Assembly (NCBI RefSeq): GCF_024521635.1
Contig: NW_026250409.1
Location: 620,001 to 684,000, forward strand
Source: Tricharina praecox
Lineage: Eukaryota
Length of the DNA: 64,000 nt
Direction of reading: 5' to 3'
Shown here: piece after piece, positions 37,254 through 52,840 of the stretch
How the letters are laid out: every line of letters begins with the position of its first letter
Position numbering within the stretch: the stretch's first letter is position 1
Notes under the pieces: generated by a model
The model's input: only the letters and a program-made list of their open reading frames with translations
Told to the model about the DNA's origin: nothing
Database searches by the model: none
Position numbers and translations under genes: made by a program

Positions 37254-39341
37254 CGATAGCGTGCGTGCGTGGGCCGTTCGAGTTGTACTAGTAGAAGCAA
37301 GCGACTTTGACGGAGAGGAATTCGCGAGGCTGGGTTGGGGCAGGAGTGAGAGATTCTGATTTATAGCGACTTCGTGCCTGTGGCCTTTGGGGGAATAGAT
37401 GAGAGTTCTCGGCACCAATCGATGAGCGATGAGCTGTGCTGTGGGATGTATTGTGCTGGTAGACAAGTCAAGATAAGTAGCAGTTTCCTTGTGAGAAGAA
37501 GAGGTGAGGCCTAACCAAGCTGCGGGGCCACGGGCGAACGAAGGAAGCGATGTCGACCCAGACCATCCCGAATGGGAGTGGCCGCAGCCCAAGTGCTCAG
37601 TTAGACCTGGGGCTAAACAGCACCACGTGATGAGCTTATGCGATGATCTGCCGGCAAATTGAGCACTTCTGGGGAATTTTGTCTGCATTGGCGCTGGGGA
37701 GTCTGGATCAATCCGCCGAGGGGAGACAGGATTACAGAGCAGTTACCCTGCATAGAATGCCTTTTCGTGACGATTCAAAGGGCACCCTTCACTTGCGAGA
37801 CACCGGTCGTTGTGCTTGTCACTATGAGAATACATACACGTCTACTTATTCTTATCGCGATCATCAGGAGGCTCGGCTTGCGTGCCAACCATGAGAGAGT
37901 TGATATGGCTCCGCTCCAATTGGTTTCGGTGTGTATGAGGTAGGTAGTCGGCTGTAACTATTGTGCAGTCCGATTACGGCACATTTCGGAGGAAGAGGAA
38001 TTCCCTTGCATCTTCCTTTGTAACTAGGGTGCAGCCACCTCTTTATCGACGTCAGTTTCTGGTTCCATTGGGGGATGTGGTGTTGAGCTCAGTGCAGTGT
38101 TGTTGCCCAGCGTCCAACACCATCATTCGCAGAATCTCAACCGAATAGCACAGTACATCATACCAGCACTCTTTGCTACAGTAGCTCCAGGCAACTAGAA
38201 TACCTATCGCGGGGTCGCAGGGCCGCAAGAGCTAGTTAAGCCGGCGCGAGTTGATCCTCTTGGTCGTCACGATAGAAATATGTAGACAAGATGTAGGTTG
38301 CTTGCTCGTACATAAAATGTTGCGTACTTTCGTCAGGCTTTGACAGTGGACTTACGACAGCATGCGCATCCAGAATGCGTCGGCTTAGTTAAGCTTCGAG
38401 CCGGGGGGCATTAACTTTGGTGAAAGTACGGTACGTTGAGTCGAGTTCCTCAACAACTATTATCCCATCGTCTAATCTTGGTTCTTATTGCATGTGTGTA
38501 TCCACTGAGCCCGGAGCTTCACGGCCCGACATTATCGTGATCACTAGAACTCTCTACTTGGGTGGCTAACAGGAATGGTCACTACCTATTACGTACAAAT
38601 AAGTAGCCTATGGGGGCTATAAGTCCTAGATATTGCTGCGATAAATTTTCGAGTATTTCGGTATCCGTGGCCCAGGCAAGGAACACGGCCGCATGAGAGT
38701 CGTTATAAGGACGAACGCCTGAACATATCATGAGGTAGCACTCGTCATTTCGAACTCATCCTCTGTGTTGGAGAGATTTGTCTAGCCGGAAGGAAAACCG
38801 GACCCAGTGTGTACATTGCCATGAGCTAGATAGAGGTTGCACGCAATCATGATGAATGAAAAGAAAGTATCTCGGTTGGGATAAGTTGGGTATATCTAAA
38901 TCTTGATTCTACTCCCCCTTGTGGCCTCGTTCGATTTTGGGCCAGCGCATTGCTTTCGACTACGTAGACCTCTTCCTTCCCAAGACTTCCAACGAAAACT
39001 ACGCAGTATGGCAGCGGAGTTGTTCAGTGATTTTTTTCGTGGTTAGTGTTGGAGACGTCGAGCTTTTTTGTGTGAAACTGTGTCGGAGATGGAACCGAAA
39101 CCGTAAGGACCAACTTGTTAGTTATGCGTGCCCGTTTTGTCAACTCCTCCAGAACATTCGCCATGGCGGAATGATAGTGATGGTGGCGGTGGTGTGATTG
39201 CCATACAGCGTAAAGTACAATAATGATACAAGTCTTCATCGTCGTCACATCGCGTCTTCCTCCAAATTCACGAAAAACCAGTTGTACGAATCCCAAGCAG
39301 TTTACCCCGCCAACCACACAGCTCGCCATAGGCACATCCGA

Positions 39342-39723
39342 CTACTGCTTCTTCTCCCCCTTGTCCAAAGGCTCCAACTCCATCCTGGCCGCACGCCTCT
39401 CTAGTCGCTGCTTCTGCATACGCTCGAGCTCACTGACGATATCTTCCCTGTCGTGCGGGATCTTGTGGGTCTGGTTGGGGTTCGGCCAAAAGCCTTCCAC
39501 GCTGAAGCGGTTGTCGAGGTTCGTACCGAAGTAGTACATTACGGCGATCGGGAACATGATGTACCTTGCATAACGAACTTAGCTGGAGATTTGGTGGGGG
39601 GGTGGGATGCGGGTGGTGATGGCGTACATTCCGAACTGTCGGTGGAGGGTGCGTTAGTTTAGCTCGCATGGCAGAACGAGAGGTGATACAGACCTTGAAG
39701 ACTTCCAGATTGCTGCCTCCCAT
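39342..39723 (-). CDS. PET100: Cytochrome c oxidase assembly factor, Pet100 family; exons 39723-39694, 39635-39628 (8 nt), 39564-39342
   Basis: Spliced MGGSNLEVFK-FGM-YIMFPIAVMYYFGTNLDNRFSVEGFWP...IP...E.ERM matches the Pet100 pattern (LEVFKFG.Y..FP). Confidence 0.82.
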
Positions 39724-40423
39724 GATTGCGATTGTTGTTTGTGGATTGAGTGAGGTGTCGTGGTGTTATGGCTGTGGGTATAGTGGTGGTTATGGTGGTG
39801 GTGGCGGCGTCGGTGGCGGAGGATAGTTCGTTTCGTCCGTTGTTTGGCTGGTCTGGTGGGGGTTGCCTTCCTTCCGCTCGGATGATGCCGACGTCGGTTT
39901 AAGCTTTTCAGCCAAGACCAGTTCGCCCGCCTCTTCACCGCCTGCCAGGTGACGCGTCATCGATGGTCACTCTCGGCTTCCTTCAACCCGGGCTTAGATC
40001 CAGTTAGACCGAGGAGATCTATTCGGAGCTGATTTCTCGGCCTGACCTTGAGAATCCTCGCATCCATGAAGTTTCAACGTCGCCCAGGTGGCCGGAGGGA
40101 GCTTGCATGTCAAGCAGAGCACATTTACCCGCGTAAAGCACCACCCCCAACCCGCTGCCGCTATGAATTCCTCAACCGCGCCATAACTATGGACGCGCAA
40201 CTACTTGGTTACCATAGCATCCCACTATTCCTCCGCGATTCTGCCAATCCTCACCGCAAGCCATGAGTGTTAACTTCATTGCATTTCCCACACTTCGCGC
40301 CACGTAACGTAAACAAGCATAATCTCCCCACGGCAAACTCCGTTAACTACACCTCTCCACGCGCCGAACTCTCCGTCCGGCACCTCTCCCTGGCAGCTCC
40401 CCCACCAACGGCCCACCCCACGA

Positions 40424-43127
40424 AATGTCGGCCCCCATCGATCCCTCCTCCATCTCCACGTGGGAAGACGCATTCCAGCATCCGATCCCGCAGGTGCGGC
40501 AGCTGGAGCGACAGCTGCGTGCCGACCTGGCGGGTAATAAGGAGAAGTTGCGGGGGTTGGTCGGGTCAGTAGCGATCTCCCATGCCCCACCGCACCAGCT
40601 TTAGCAATTGGAGACTGACGTCGAGCTGGCCCGGTGCGACAGGGAGAGCTATCGTGATCTACTACAGACCGCCGAGCGCATAATCGATATGGACGTGGCC
40701 GCGCAGAACGTCGAGGCGCACCTTGGCGACGCTTCGAGGAATTGTAATTCCCGACTTCTCGAGCGGAAAGCGAAGAACCTGCGCCTGTTCAACGATATTG
40801 CGGATAAGAGAGGTATGCTGGAGCTTCCCCGAGCGGTTACAGGTTGGATGGACGGCTGGTTGATTAGCTACAGACCGCGAAAAATACACCTTCGCAGCAC
40901 AGCTCGCAGTACTCGAGGCCTGTCCCACGGTGATCTCCTGGCTCCTCCACAAAGACGAAGGCGCATCCTGCCTGCTCGCCTCCAAGGTCTTCGTGATCTC
41001 CCGGCTTCTCCTCAAGTCACTATCCGAGAAGGTTTCCGCCCGCACGCCCGCACGCGTGGAGCATCTACTTACTTCCGGCCCTCAGAACTCACTCCCGCTT
41101 CTAGCCACCCTCCGCTCGCAGTGCGGCACTCTGCGTCCCATATTGTTACAGCATATAGATACGCTCCTCTCCTCGTCTGCTCCGCTCGCCACGCGCGTCC
41201 TCGTTTCTACCCTCGCCGCGTTCAGTATCATCAAGACCTCATCACCGTCGGAGGTGCTACGACACTTCCTCTATATCCGTTCCACGGCGCTGTCTTCGCT
41301 GCAGCGGAGTACGGAGCCGAATACGATCCTAATATCCATCGCGCTTTTCAACCGCACCCTACATGACACGGAGGAAATCTTCCCGGGCAAGCTCAGCGAC
41401 GCACTGGTAGCGCTGAAATCGAAGAGCCTACTCCAAGACGCCGAGGTCACGGCAGTGCCGGAGCTAAGCCTTGACATCAACGCGCGCTGGCTACCGGATG
41501 ATATCCGCAGTTTCACGCCGTGGGTGCGCCACGACGACTTGGAGAAGGTGCGGGTAAAGGAGTTGGTCCAGGCGTGGGCCGAGAAGGAGATTGTCAAGTT
41601 GAATGAGAATTTGCAGAAGACGCTGGAGGCGATGAACGATGTCGCGGACATTGTGAAGTTGCGTAGTGGGGCTTTGGCACTGTGGAGAGCCGGCGCGCAG
41701 ATCAGAAGGAAACTGCTCAGCGGCGGATGCGGGGAGAATTTCAGGACCATTCTCATGAACAGAGTGGTGGAGGTGATGAAGAGCGTCGCCGAGGAACTCA
41801 GACATGTTGCAGAGAAGATACATGCGCTGCTTCCGAAGGCGGAGTACGAATCGGACGGTAATTCCACCCCGACCATCTCGACCATGACAGGACTAACAGC
41901 TCTTCCCTAGATTCTACCAGCCTCTGGCCCGAAACCCCCCTCAGCATCGACCTAACCAATGGTGCCCTCTCCTTCCGTACCAGCATCTCCAACCGGGTGC
42001 ACGGCCGTAGTCCGGTGGTTCTCTCTTTCCTAAGCGTTTACACCTCCTGGCTCTCTCGGATCTCCGCCATCGCGACCATCGCGCGCGACCTCCGCAGCTC
42101 CTCATACCCCAGCACAGAAGAAGACGAAGACTTTGAATCGGAAGAAGAGCGCTCCCAAGCCGGAATCGAAGATTCCTTCCTTTCCGAAAAGGAACTCACC
42201 AGTGCCCTAGACGGAGTCTACCGGCTCCTCGAGCGGTCCCTCAAATCCACATTTGAACTCACGCCCATTCCCATCACCAGACGACAAACCGTCTTCCTCC
42301 TGCGCGCAATCCGGCAGATCCGGCAGCTACCGCCCAAGCGGCAAGGCGAGGACGCCAACGCCAACGCGATCATCTCGCTCTCGTGGTTCGGCGCAGAGCT
42401 GATCCCGCGACTCCACGGCTCCATCGCCGAAGCGGTGACGACGCCTCCGATCCGAGCCGTGACCACGCTCCTGCAGCGCCGAAAATGGGAGGCGCCCGTG
42501 ATCTCGCGGCCGCTGTGGGAAGCGTACGAGCACCAGCCGGACATGGAGCCGCTGCCGGTCCAGCCCAGCCCGCTCGTGTTTAGATTCCTGAACGAGATCG
42601 TCAAGGAAATGCGCTTGGCCGGCGAGGACGTCTGGACCCCTGCCGCCGTAAAGACCGTCAAGGCTAGGGCGTGCAACCATATGTGGGGCGCTATGGAGGA
42701 GGTCCTGAGGGATCGCGAATGGAAAAATTCCACCGACGATACTCCGCCTCCGCCTCCTCCTCCGTCTCCCCCGTCACTGCCGCCAGTGGCACCATCCTCG
42801 CCGCCGCCGCCACCAGCCGACGACGGCGAGGAGGAGGAAGTTGCACCCCCGGCGGCGGAACCAACCCCCGCGCCTACGCCAAAACCGTACGTAACCCGCG
42901 ATTGGGCTCTGCAGCTCCTCTTCGATACCCTCTACCTGGACGAAGCACTGCACCGCAAGCGACGGCGCGGAAGCACCAACGGGAGTTCTGTGACGAGTCT
43001 TGTAGGGAAGATCGATTCAGTTATGGGGGGCAAAGTCGAGCTGGACGAGGAGCTGAGGATACGGCTTGAGGGCGCGGCGAGTGAGTATTGGAAGAGGACG
43101 TGTTTATTGTTTGCACTGTTGAGTTGA
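40424..43127 (+). CDS. COG1: Conserved oligomeric Golgi complex subunit 1-like protein (Vps51/Vps67 N-terminal domain); introns about 40565-40642, 40812-40873, 41851-41910
   Basis: KEKLRGLVG-ESYRDLLQTAERIIDM N-terminal motif; LWE...LPVQPSP..FRFL; QLLFD..YL; EYWKRT.LLF.LL C-terminus. Confidence 0.85.
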
Positions 43128-43307
43128 GCCGAGTTGAGTTGAGTTGATGTAATACTTGGCGATGAATAGAGTACTAGTAGGTAGAAGGAGAAATGAATAA
43201 ATATTAAGATATATAGCCCCTTTACATCTACATCCAACCGTGCAGCCAGCCAGTCCATGGATATAACAAACAAACGCCACTCCGTTCAACGATCCTAAGC
43301 AACTCCG

Positions 43308-45411
43308 TCACATGGCCTTCTTCCCTACATGAACCTTGCTCGCCAACTTCTTCGCGTTGACCACGCCCGTAAACGAACCGTTCCTGCGTCTGTTCTCGAC
43401 TGCCCTCTCCACCTCCCTGCGCATCTCGAGCAGATCACCTTCCGGATCCTCTGGCAGGCCGAGCGCACCACCGGTACGCTGCAGCACCTCCTCCTCCTCT
43501 TCCGCCTCTTCCGCGGCCCTGCCGAGTCTTCGCTGCTGCGTCTTGACTAGCCACTTCTTCCCCGAAGAGTAAAAGAATGCGAGGGAAATAATGATGGCAA
43601 TGTGGACGAAAAAATAGGTGCGGGCCCAAACTGTCACCGAGCCGGAGAAGGTGAGGACTATGAATGGAGCCGCAATGTAGGAAAACGCAAGTTGCGTTAC
43701 GAGCATGCTAAATATGTCGTACAACTTCTTATACGGGCCAGAAGTCTTTTGGTCCTCTGCACTGAGAAAGAGAGGTCGCACGTGCCGGCGGAAGTATTTG
43801 GCAGTCGTTTGGGTGAACGAGGCGGTTAGGAAGGTTAGATAGTAGCCCGGGGAGATGCCGTGCCACAGGGCTGGGTTTCATTAGCAACCGAGAAGTCAAT
43901 ATGGATGGCTGGATAAATCATACCGGAGGTGGTGAAAGTAGCCAACGAACTCCTGAACCCGGGCTTCCTTCCCTTAGGCGTAACTCGGAGGTATACGTAG
44001 TTCTTGAGCCACTTATTAGTGTTCATGTTCCACGCCTCAAGGTACGCCTTCGTGTTCTGAGCGGTCTCCAGAGCGTAAGGGTCGACGTTCGTAACGCGAT
44101 CCCACTTCGCCTTACGGTTCTCGTCCACGCCGTTATAGCCCAGCCCGGAAAGGATGCATGCACCCTCGGTCAGCGACCATACACCGTAGTACTTCGTCCT
44201 TGCGGTGAAACAGAAGGCGTATATGAACCATAACCTGCCACCAGTCAGCCACCACTCGGTCACAGGTACCCATAGAGATTCACCGTCGGAAGAAAGAATA
44301 AGTCATAGCCTCATCACTAAGCATAAACTCGGTGGTGTAAACCGAACCGAGCTTCAAAAACGCGACTATCCACAGGATTCCGTAAACGGCCTTCCACATG
44401 GCGGGCACGTGGCTCTTGGGGATCTTTCGCTTTCGCTTCGTTCCGCCGTGCTTCGCGTCTGGGGCTACGACATCGAACATGGTGCAGTCGATCCAGCGCT
44501 GATACTCGCGGAAATCGAAGGCGGGGCCAGCGAAAAGCGAGGGGAAGAATAACTACCGCAATTTAGCACTCCTGCTGCGACGGGGTCGGAGGGGGTACAA
44601 ACAACGTATGCTCCGTAATCAAGTAGATTCGGCATCTTGGTGATCTTCCGGTCCTTCTGGAACTCCGACAGCTCCTACGCACTATTAGCACTCATGCCTC
44701 CGCCCCGCCGTCTCTCATTTCTCACTCACCTCATCCGGCAACCGACCATCATGAACCGACCAACAGAACGCCGTCAACTATTATCACCCGTCAGTCCATC
44801 CTCCACCCTAGCCTAGCCAGTATCCTTGGGTCCCCCGGACGAACCTTCATAAGTAGCACCATCTGCGCACCCGTAACATCGACCACGCCCGGCACGGGAT
44901 GCAGCTCTCTGTAGATGTGATTCCAGAGCATGTGTCCCATCAAGAACACGAATCCGATCCACGGCATGAACGGTCCATTAATGAATGCGGCGATGGTGTA
45001 TGCGCCCGCCGCGGATATAAAGAGCGTGCGGATACCCTCCCAGAAGTCGAAGACGCCGAGGAGATAGAATAACGAAATCCTGCGCCTATCAGCGGGAGAG
45101 CGTGGGGAGGGAGGGAGACAGGACGGACCCGATGAGGAATACGCTCTTCTTCCATGGTTCGGCGTCGGGTAAGCGCTTTAGTAGGCCGGCGAAGGGGTAG
45201 GATACGAGGATCGTGAAGATGAGCTTTACTGCTAAATGTGAACGGCTGCGACGGGCGACGGGCGACGGGCGACGGCGGGGGGGACACATACATTCATCTT
45301 TCGAAGCGCCAATCGCGTTGGCAAGCCAAACGAAAGCTATTCCGGTCAGTCAGTTCATTGTCACGGGAACGAACGAGGAAGGTATGTACGCAGGTCTATG
45401 AAGGGCAACAT
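43308..45411 (-). CDS. ALE1: MBOAT lysophospholipid acyltransferase (Ale1/Slc4), about 8-9 exons
   Basis: Spliced N-terminus MLPFIDLPFVWLANAIGASKDELKLIF; VDVTGAQMVLLMKLTAFCWSVHDG; YVLFFPSLFAGPAFD; WNMNTNKWLKNYVYLRV; ALWHGISPGYYLTF (catalytic His); C-terminal GKKAM. Confidence 0.92.
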
Positions 45412-45748
45412 GGTGCGCACACTCTTCAGAATCCGAGGGATTTGAAGAGATCAAAGTGTTGAGGGGGGAAAGTTGGCGGGTTTTGTTCCTGGACAGGACA
45501 GACAGGGACGTGAACCTATCAAGCTATGACAGCATCAAGTGCACAAGCGTGGTTGGCATCAGATAAGATTACGTTAGCCTGGAAAGGACAGACTGATGCA
45601 CAATAGGATATCTTGAGCTTTTGAAGATCGACACTGCAATGGAGTACACCGGAGAAAGCAAGTGACGAGGAAACCGGATAACATTCGCGAATGCTCCTCT
45701 CCCTCGGAGAAAACAATCAACTGGCTACATTACTGAAAAACGAATTCA

Positions 45749-47807
<2,059 letters not shown>

Positions 47808-49995
47808 GGCGGGCAAATTAAAAGGGTGTAAGTTTAAAGGATGTGTAAACTCGTATGAAGCGTGGTGGCCGTGAGATGGATTGAAGGTGTCGGGAGAAGG
47901 TTGAAGGGAGGTTGATGGGGGGAGGGTGAAGGTAGAAGTAGTGGTTGGATGGGTGTGTTGGGAGGATAAGTAGAGAGGTATAGGGGGGAGAGAAGCGGAC
48001 TTTTTTGTAGTTCCACGAAGGGGGTGTCGGGAAAGAGGGGGCTACTTGAAGGAACGGCTTTTGTGGTTGGTGGGTGAGTGCCAAGCGCGGGCGTGAGGTG
48101 TGCTCTCTAACGACATCGGGAAATTCCTTCTGGGTTATGGTCCAAGCGCAGCTGCCAAATATCGGCATCGTGGTGTACCGCAGCCCAAAGAGCACGCAAA
48201 GGCTTTCTGAAGCAGAGCAAAGCAGAGCAGATCAGACCAGATCTAACTGGACCTAACTGGACCTGACCGGACAAGAGCGGGACCAGAGCAACCATAACAG
48301 AGAAGGTCGAACAGCATGGTCATAGAGCACAGAAGCAGACAGCGGAGGTAGGTAGGCACCCTAGACCACGATAGATACATGTTACTCTTACTCTACTGTA
48401 GTTAGAGCAAGTACCTACAGGCTACCTCTCCCCCACGAGGAGAGCGGTCCCGCCACCATCCCATTTTCAGTTCCATCAAAGACTCTCTGCCACCGAGCTC
48501 AACACCTCTCATGCGTAGAGTACTCTACTCGAGAGTAGTTGCTGCCGTACATACATACGTTGCTTTTCGCCGCCAAGCAGGGAAGAGAGAGCAGGGCTAT
48601 GACTCTGGCAAGGCCCGAGGTGAGGTTGAGATTTGATCGAGTGCTCGGGACTCGTCACCTCGATTGCACCAGCAACGGCAGCCAGCAACCAGCAACCGTC
48701 CCGTCGTGCAGTCCAGAAAGGCTTGGCCACTATTTGTCCCCCCAGCTGAATGGGAAACACGAGACGGTAGCTATAACATACAGAAAAGACAAGACAGGCG
48801 CGCGCCTTGCAGCCTTTACGTCCATCCCTGCCGCCACTCGCAAACGTCAGACTCAGCAGTAGCAGGCTGACAGCGAGAAGGGTAAAAAAATGTATTTCAG
48901 TCATGTGGTGCGGGGAACTTGCGCGGCTTTTCGTAAACGACCCCCGGCCGCCACGACTCTCCGGATTGATGCCCAACAGCTATGAGGGATTCTCCTCACC
49001 TCTCCTCTTACGTAGCCAGGATCGACGTCGAGAAGGTATGTAAGAGGGCCTCATCTTAAACAACAACCACCTCCAGGTGTTCTACCTATTCTGCTCGACC
49101 TCTCGGAATCCCAGTCATGAAAAAACAAAGCCTGTGCTACACAGAGTACAAACGTGAAGGTGGGGCAACTTGGCGGGGTAGTTTCGTTTCTCGTGCGACG
49201 TAGAATTCTGCGTACTCTACAACTGTTCTCCAAAGTCGAGATGTGTTTGGCCGAGTGATAGGATAAGGAGATATTCTCAGCTTTATGCGATGAAGCGCGT
49301 GTAGTAAAGTAGCTGCCGCCCAAGTAGTGTGCGGTTTACGATTATACATTCGGTACGTACCGGAATCATAGCGGAATTGTTCAAACCCCGATAAATGTAA
49401 ACAAAAACTCAATCGATCCGAGACCCGAGTCAACAGGTACAATGTGTGTAGATTCCCCTTGAGATCGTTCGGCTCCATTATCCTCCCGGTGAAGTCTGGG
49501 CTGGCGTTCATCAGCACTAAAATTGGTTGATGTACCGGTACTCCGTGTCGTGCTTCGTGTCTTGACTGCTGTGATTCTTTTCTTGACTCTAGATGGAGGG
49601 TGATCGATATGGGACGAGGATGTGGGCCAGAAATCGAATCCTCGGTCTCCAAGCCCAAAGGCAAGAACAAGACCTTCTGCCGTCCTACACCCCCTGGCCG
49701 GCCAGAGTGGGCAGGAAAGGAGTGTGACGGTTCACCATAGTCTAGATAGGCTGCATGCGAAATAAAACAGGAAGATCTCTCTCTCTGCCGTCCTACACAT
49801 CAACGAGAACACTTGTTTTTAAGCTCCAGGTCAACACGGAACGATACCACAGGACGATATTCTCACTGACGGTGATAATGATGTTGATGATGCTTCTAAT
49901 TATCCGCAGAACCCCAAGAAGAAAGAAACCCCACAAACACCCGAACTTTTATACCCAAAACAGCAAAAGAACAAAAGAGAAGCGCCACCGACCAA

Positions 49996-50679
49996 CTACT
50001 GGCTAATAACCTTCGCCGCGCGCTCGCGCAGCGTTTTCATCAACGCATCGATGCCCTCCATATCATCGGCATCCAACTTGCTGCCGCCAGCCCCGACCAC
50101 CTCCTCAGGCAGCAGATCCAGCGCGATCTTCAGCGACTCCTGCATATTCCTGACGGCACTGCTAAGGGCATAGCACGCCTTCTTCCTGACGTCCTCCGCG
50201 GGATCCTTTAGGACGATATCGACGAGCTTCTGGACGCCGCCATGGCTCAGGAACGCCTCCTGGCTCTTGACGTTGTTCTGGACGGCGGTGCCGCAGCACC
50301 ACGCCGCCATGAACCGCAGCTTCTGCTCCGGCGACCCAAGCAGCGAGATCAGCGGCGGCCACAGCGCGAGGTTCTCAATGTTGTTCGCGTTGTCCAGCTG
50401 CTCAACCATCAGCTCGAAGTTGTCGAATGCGATCTCTTTGTTCTCGAGGTCTAGCTCTGGGTCGAGGATCGCCGCCATCGCCTCCTTCATCAGGTCCGCG
50501 TCAGACTTTTGGCGCATGCCGAAGAGCTCCGCGACGAGTGCTGGGTTCTAAGAAAAGGTTAGCGGTAGAAAGGGACGCTGTCGGAGGGGATGCACGAGTT
50601 GGGTTTTGCGTTCGGTCGGCGCCGCTGTGGGGTCGCTGTTCTCGATGCCCCAGCTGAGGAGGTTGCCGAGGTTTGACAT
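49996..50679 (-). CDS. FES1: Hsp70 nucleotide exchange factor Fes1; one intron at about 50595-50548
   Basis: LLSWGIENS, SDADLMKEAM, AFDNFELMVEQLDNANNIENL.LW, AAWCCGTAVQNN.KSQ, VRKKA.YALSSAVRN. Confidence 0.95.
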
Positions 50680-50848
50680 TGTAGCGATTCGTGTGTGTGT
50701 GTATGTGTGTGTGCGAGTGTGTGAGTATTGGAGTGTTGCTACGTAAAATCGTTTCGTTTCGTTCGTCGTGGTGGTGGTTTGGTCGTTCGAGTGCTGATGG
50801 TGGGGTTGAAGTACTCTAGTATGTACTGCTAGTAGTAAATCGACGTCA

Positions 50849-50881
50849 GAATGCACGAGAAGGCTGTGGATGCACGTGGAA
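50849..50881. promoter_or_regulatory. Candidate step-type heat shock element in the FES1 promoter
   Basis: GAA at 50849, GAA at 50859, GAT at 50869 and GAA at 50879 (10-bp phasing), 170-200 bp upstream of the ATG. Confidence 0.45.
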
Positions 50882-52492
50882 GCAACGATACGCTACGCAT
50901 GGTAGTGTCCAATCCGTGAGACGAGACGACAATTGCAACCATAACTACTGTCATATGTAGAGTTATGCTCTTTTTCAACATGTATGATACTCTGCTTTAC
51001 TCCGTTCCTTTCATTGATAAATACGTCTCGTCATCTCATCAGTGCTTCATAGAGTACAGGTCTGAAGCGGAAGAAAAATAAGAAATCATCTCCGCAGCCA
51101 ACTGCGCATGGCCCGCCTGTCATTCCGACCCTGTAGATACGGTACTATTCTAGGCGCGCAAACATTCGTATTTCGTACCTATTTCGTATTTCGTATTCGT
51201 ACTCTTTAGAGTATCTACACAGGAGATGTTTGTGCTCGAGCGCGAGATACAATTTCCGATCAAGGGCAACGCTCACCATTAGTTAGAATAGGTAGGTAGG
51301 ATCGCTATTAGGTACCGTCCAGCCATTTCCGAGTCCCGACCGGTCTTGATGTGTATGCGCAGCTCACGACCACCGTACCGTATATCATTCAGGCGTCCAG
51401 ACTCCAGGGCGACCTTACACCGTCTGGTCGTACTACATGCCATGCCGTTCCTCCATCAGACGAGTACATAGGTGACAGATCCGCACTTTTCCCGCGTACC
51501 GGCCCGCGGCCACGAGTCGATGACTCCCTCCTGCTCTCCAGCCCACGCGTCGAACCAGCCCTTTGCCCTTTGCCCTTTACAAGAAACCCCCCCCACCCAG
51601 GTTGCATCCACCAACCGCGCGGTAAAAGGAGTCAGAACACAGTCCTACGCGTCCAGTGCCCAGTTTCACCAGCCTAGACTTCCTCCACGGTTCACGGTTC
51701 ATGAGTACTGGTACTATCCAGAGTATCCACGCGTCTGCACTCACTCGACATTCTTGGCGGAAAAAAAAGCCCCAGTGCAAAGGGAGAGGGAAACGGGGGG
51801 TTGATGATAATTATCATGGACCTTCAACCGTGAACGCGTAAGTCGCTATCTGAAGCCCCCGAAGCCGAAGTCCGCAAACAGTTTCGACCTCTCCTCCATG
51901 GCCATGCTGTCGTCATCCGCTCATGACTCAACAATCCAGGGACATTTTTGTTTGTTTCATCACGGCTCAAAATCCGAGTGACACAACATGACATGAACGA
52001 GCATACTTTCCATCCGCATGCTTCAGCTCCAGCGTACATCCAATTCTCAATCCGGTTCGCAAAACAGAACAGTCCTACAAACCATCCCCACCCTTCCCCC
52101 ACCTGCCATCCCTCCGTCCCGCCATCCCTTTGTCCAGCCATTGGCGTCATATCAATCTCAATCTACACCTATAAAAAATCACCAGTCTATGTAGATACTT
52201 GCGTACGGACAAGCACCTCCCGAGCACCTCCCGAGTCCCGAGTCCCGAGTCCTGAGAAAAAGAAGAAGAAGAAGAGAACCACCAAACTTTTGATAAGAAA
52301 AAATCCACCAGATCGATCGCAAAAGCACTTCCACCTCCACTTGCACAGCACATACTCACGTATTCCCCAATTCCCCCAATTCCCCCAATTCCCCCAATTC
52401 CGTCCAATCCAGCACAACCAGTGGTGGCAAGCAAGTGAAGTACCTATTCCCTATTCCCTATTCCCATCCTACCATCCTACCATCCTACCATA

Positions 52493-52532
<40 letters not shown>

Positions 52533-52840
52533 GACACAAAATAAAATATATATAAATACGAAAAAAATAAAACTCCAATCCAGCCAACCGATCAATGCAT
52601 TTCGAAAAGCCCAAAGCCCAAGCAAGCAAACCCCCTAAACAAACAGACCGCTTTTTTTTGAGGCAAAACACAACACCACACAACACAGCACAACACACGC
52701 ATGAAATGTTACAGAATGTTGAAACAATCACAAGAAGGGACAAGAAGGGACAAGAAGGACAAGAAGAAGAAGAAGTATAATGTGTATGTGTCTCGAATAG
52801 GATATCTCACCCCTCCCCAAACCATACGATACCAGACCAA

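Noticed and set aside
49850..50010. Yeast-like alternative 3' splicing of FES1 (Fes1L with NLS)
   Set aside because: Only weak donors near the stop codon and no convincing downstream exon with a basic NLS.
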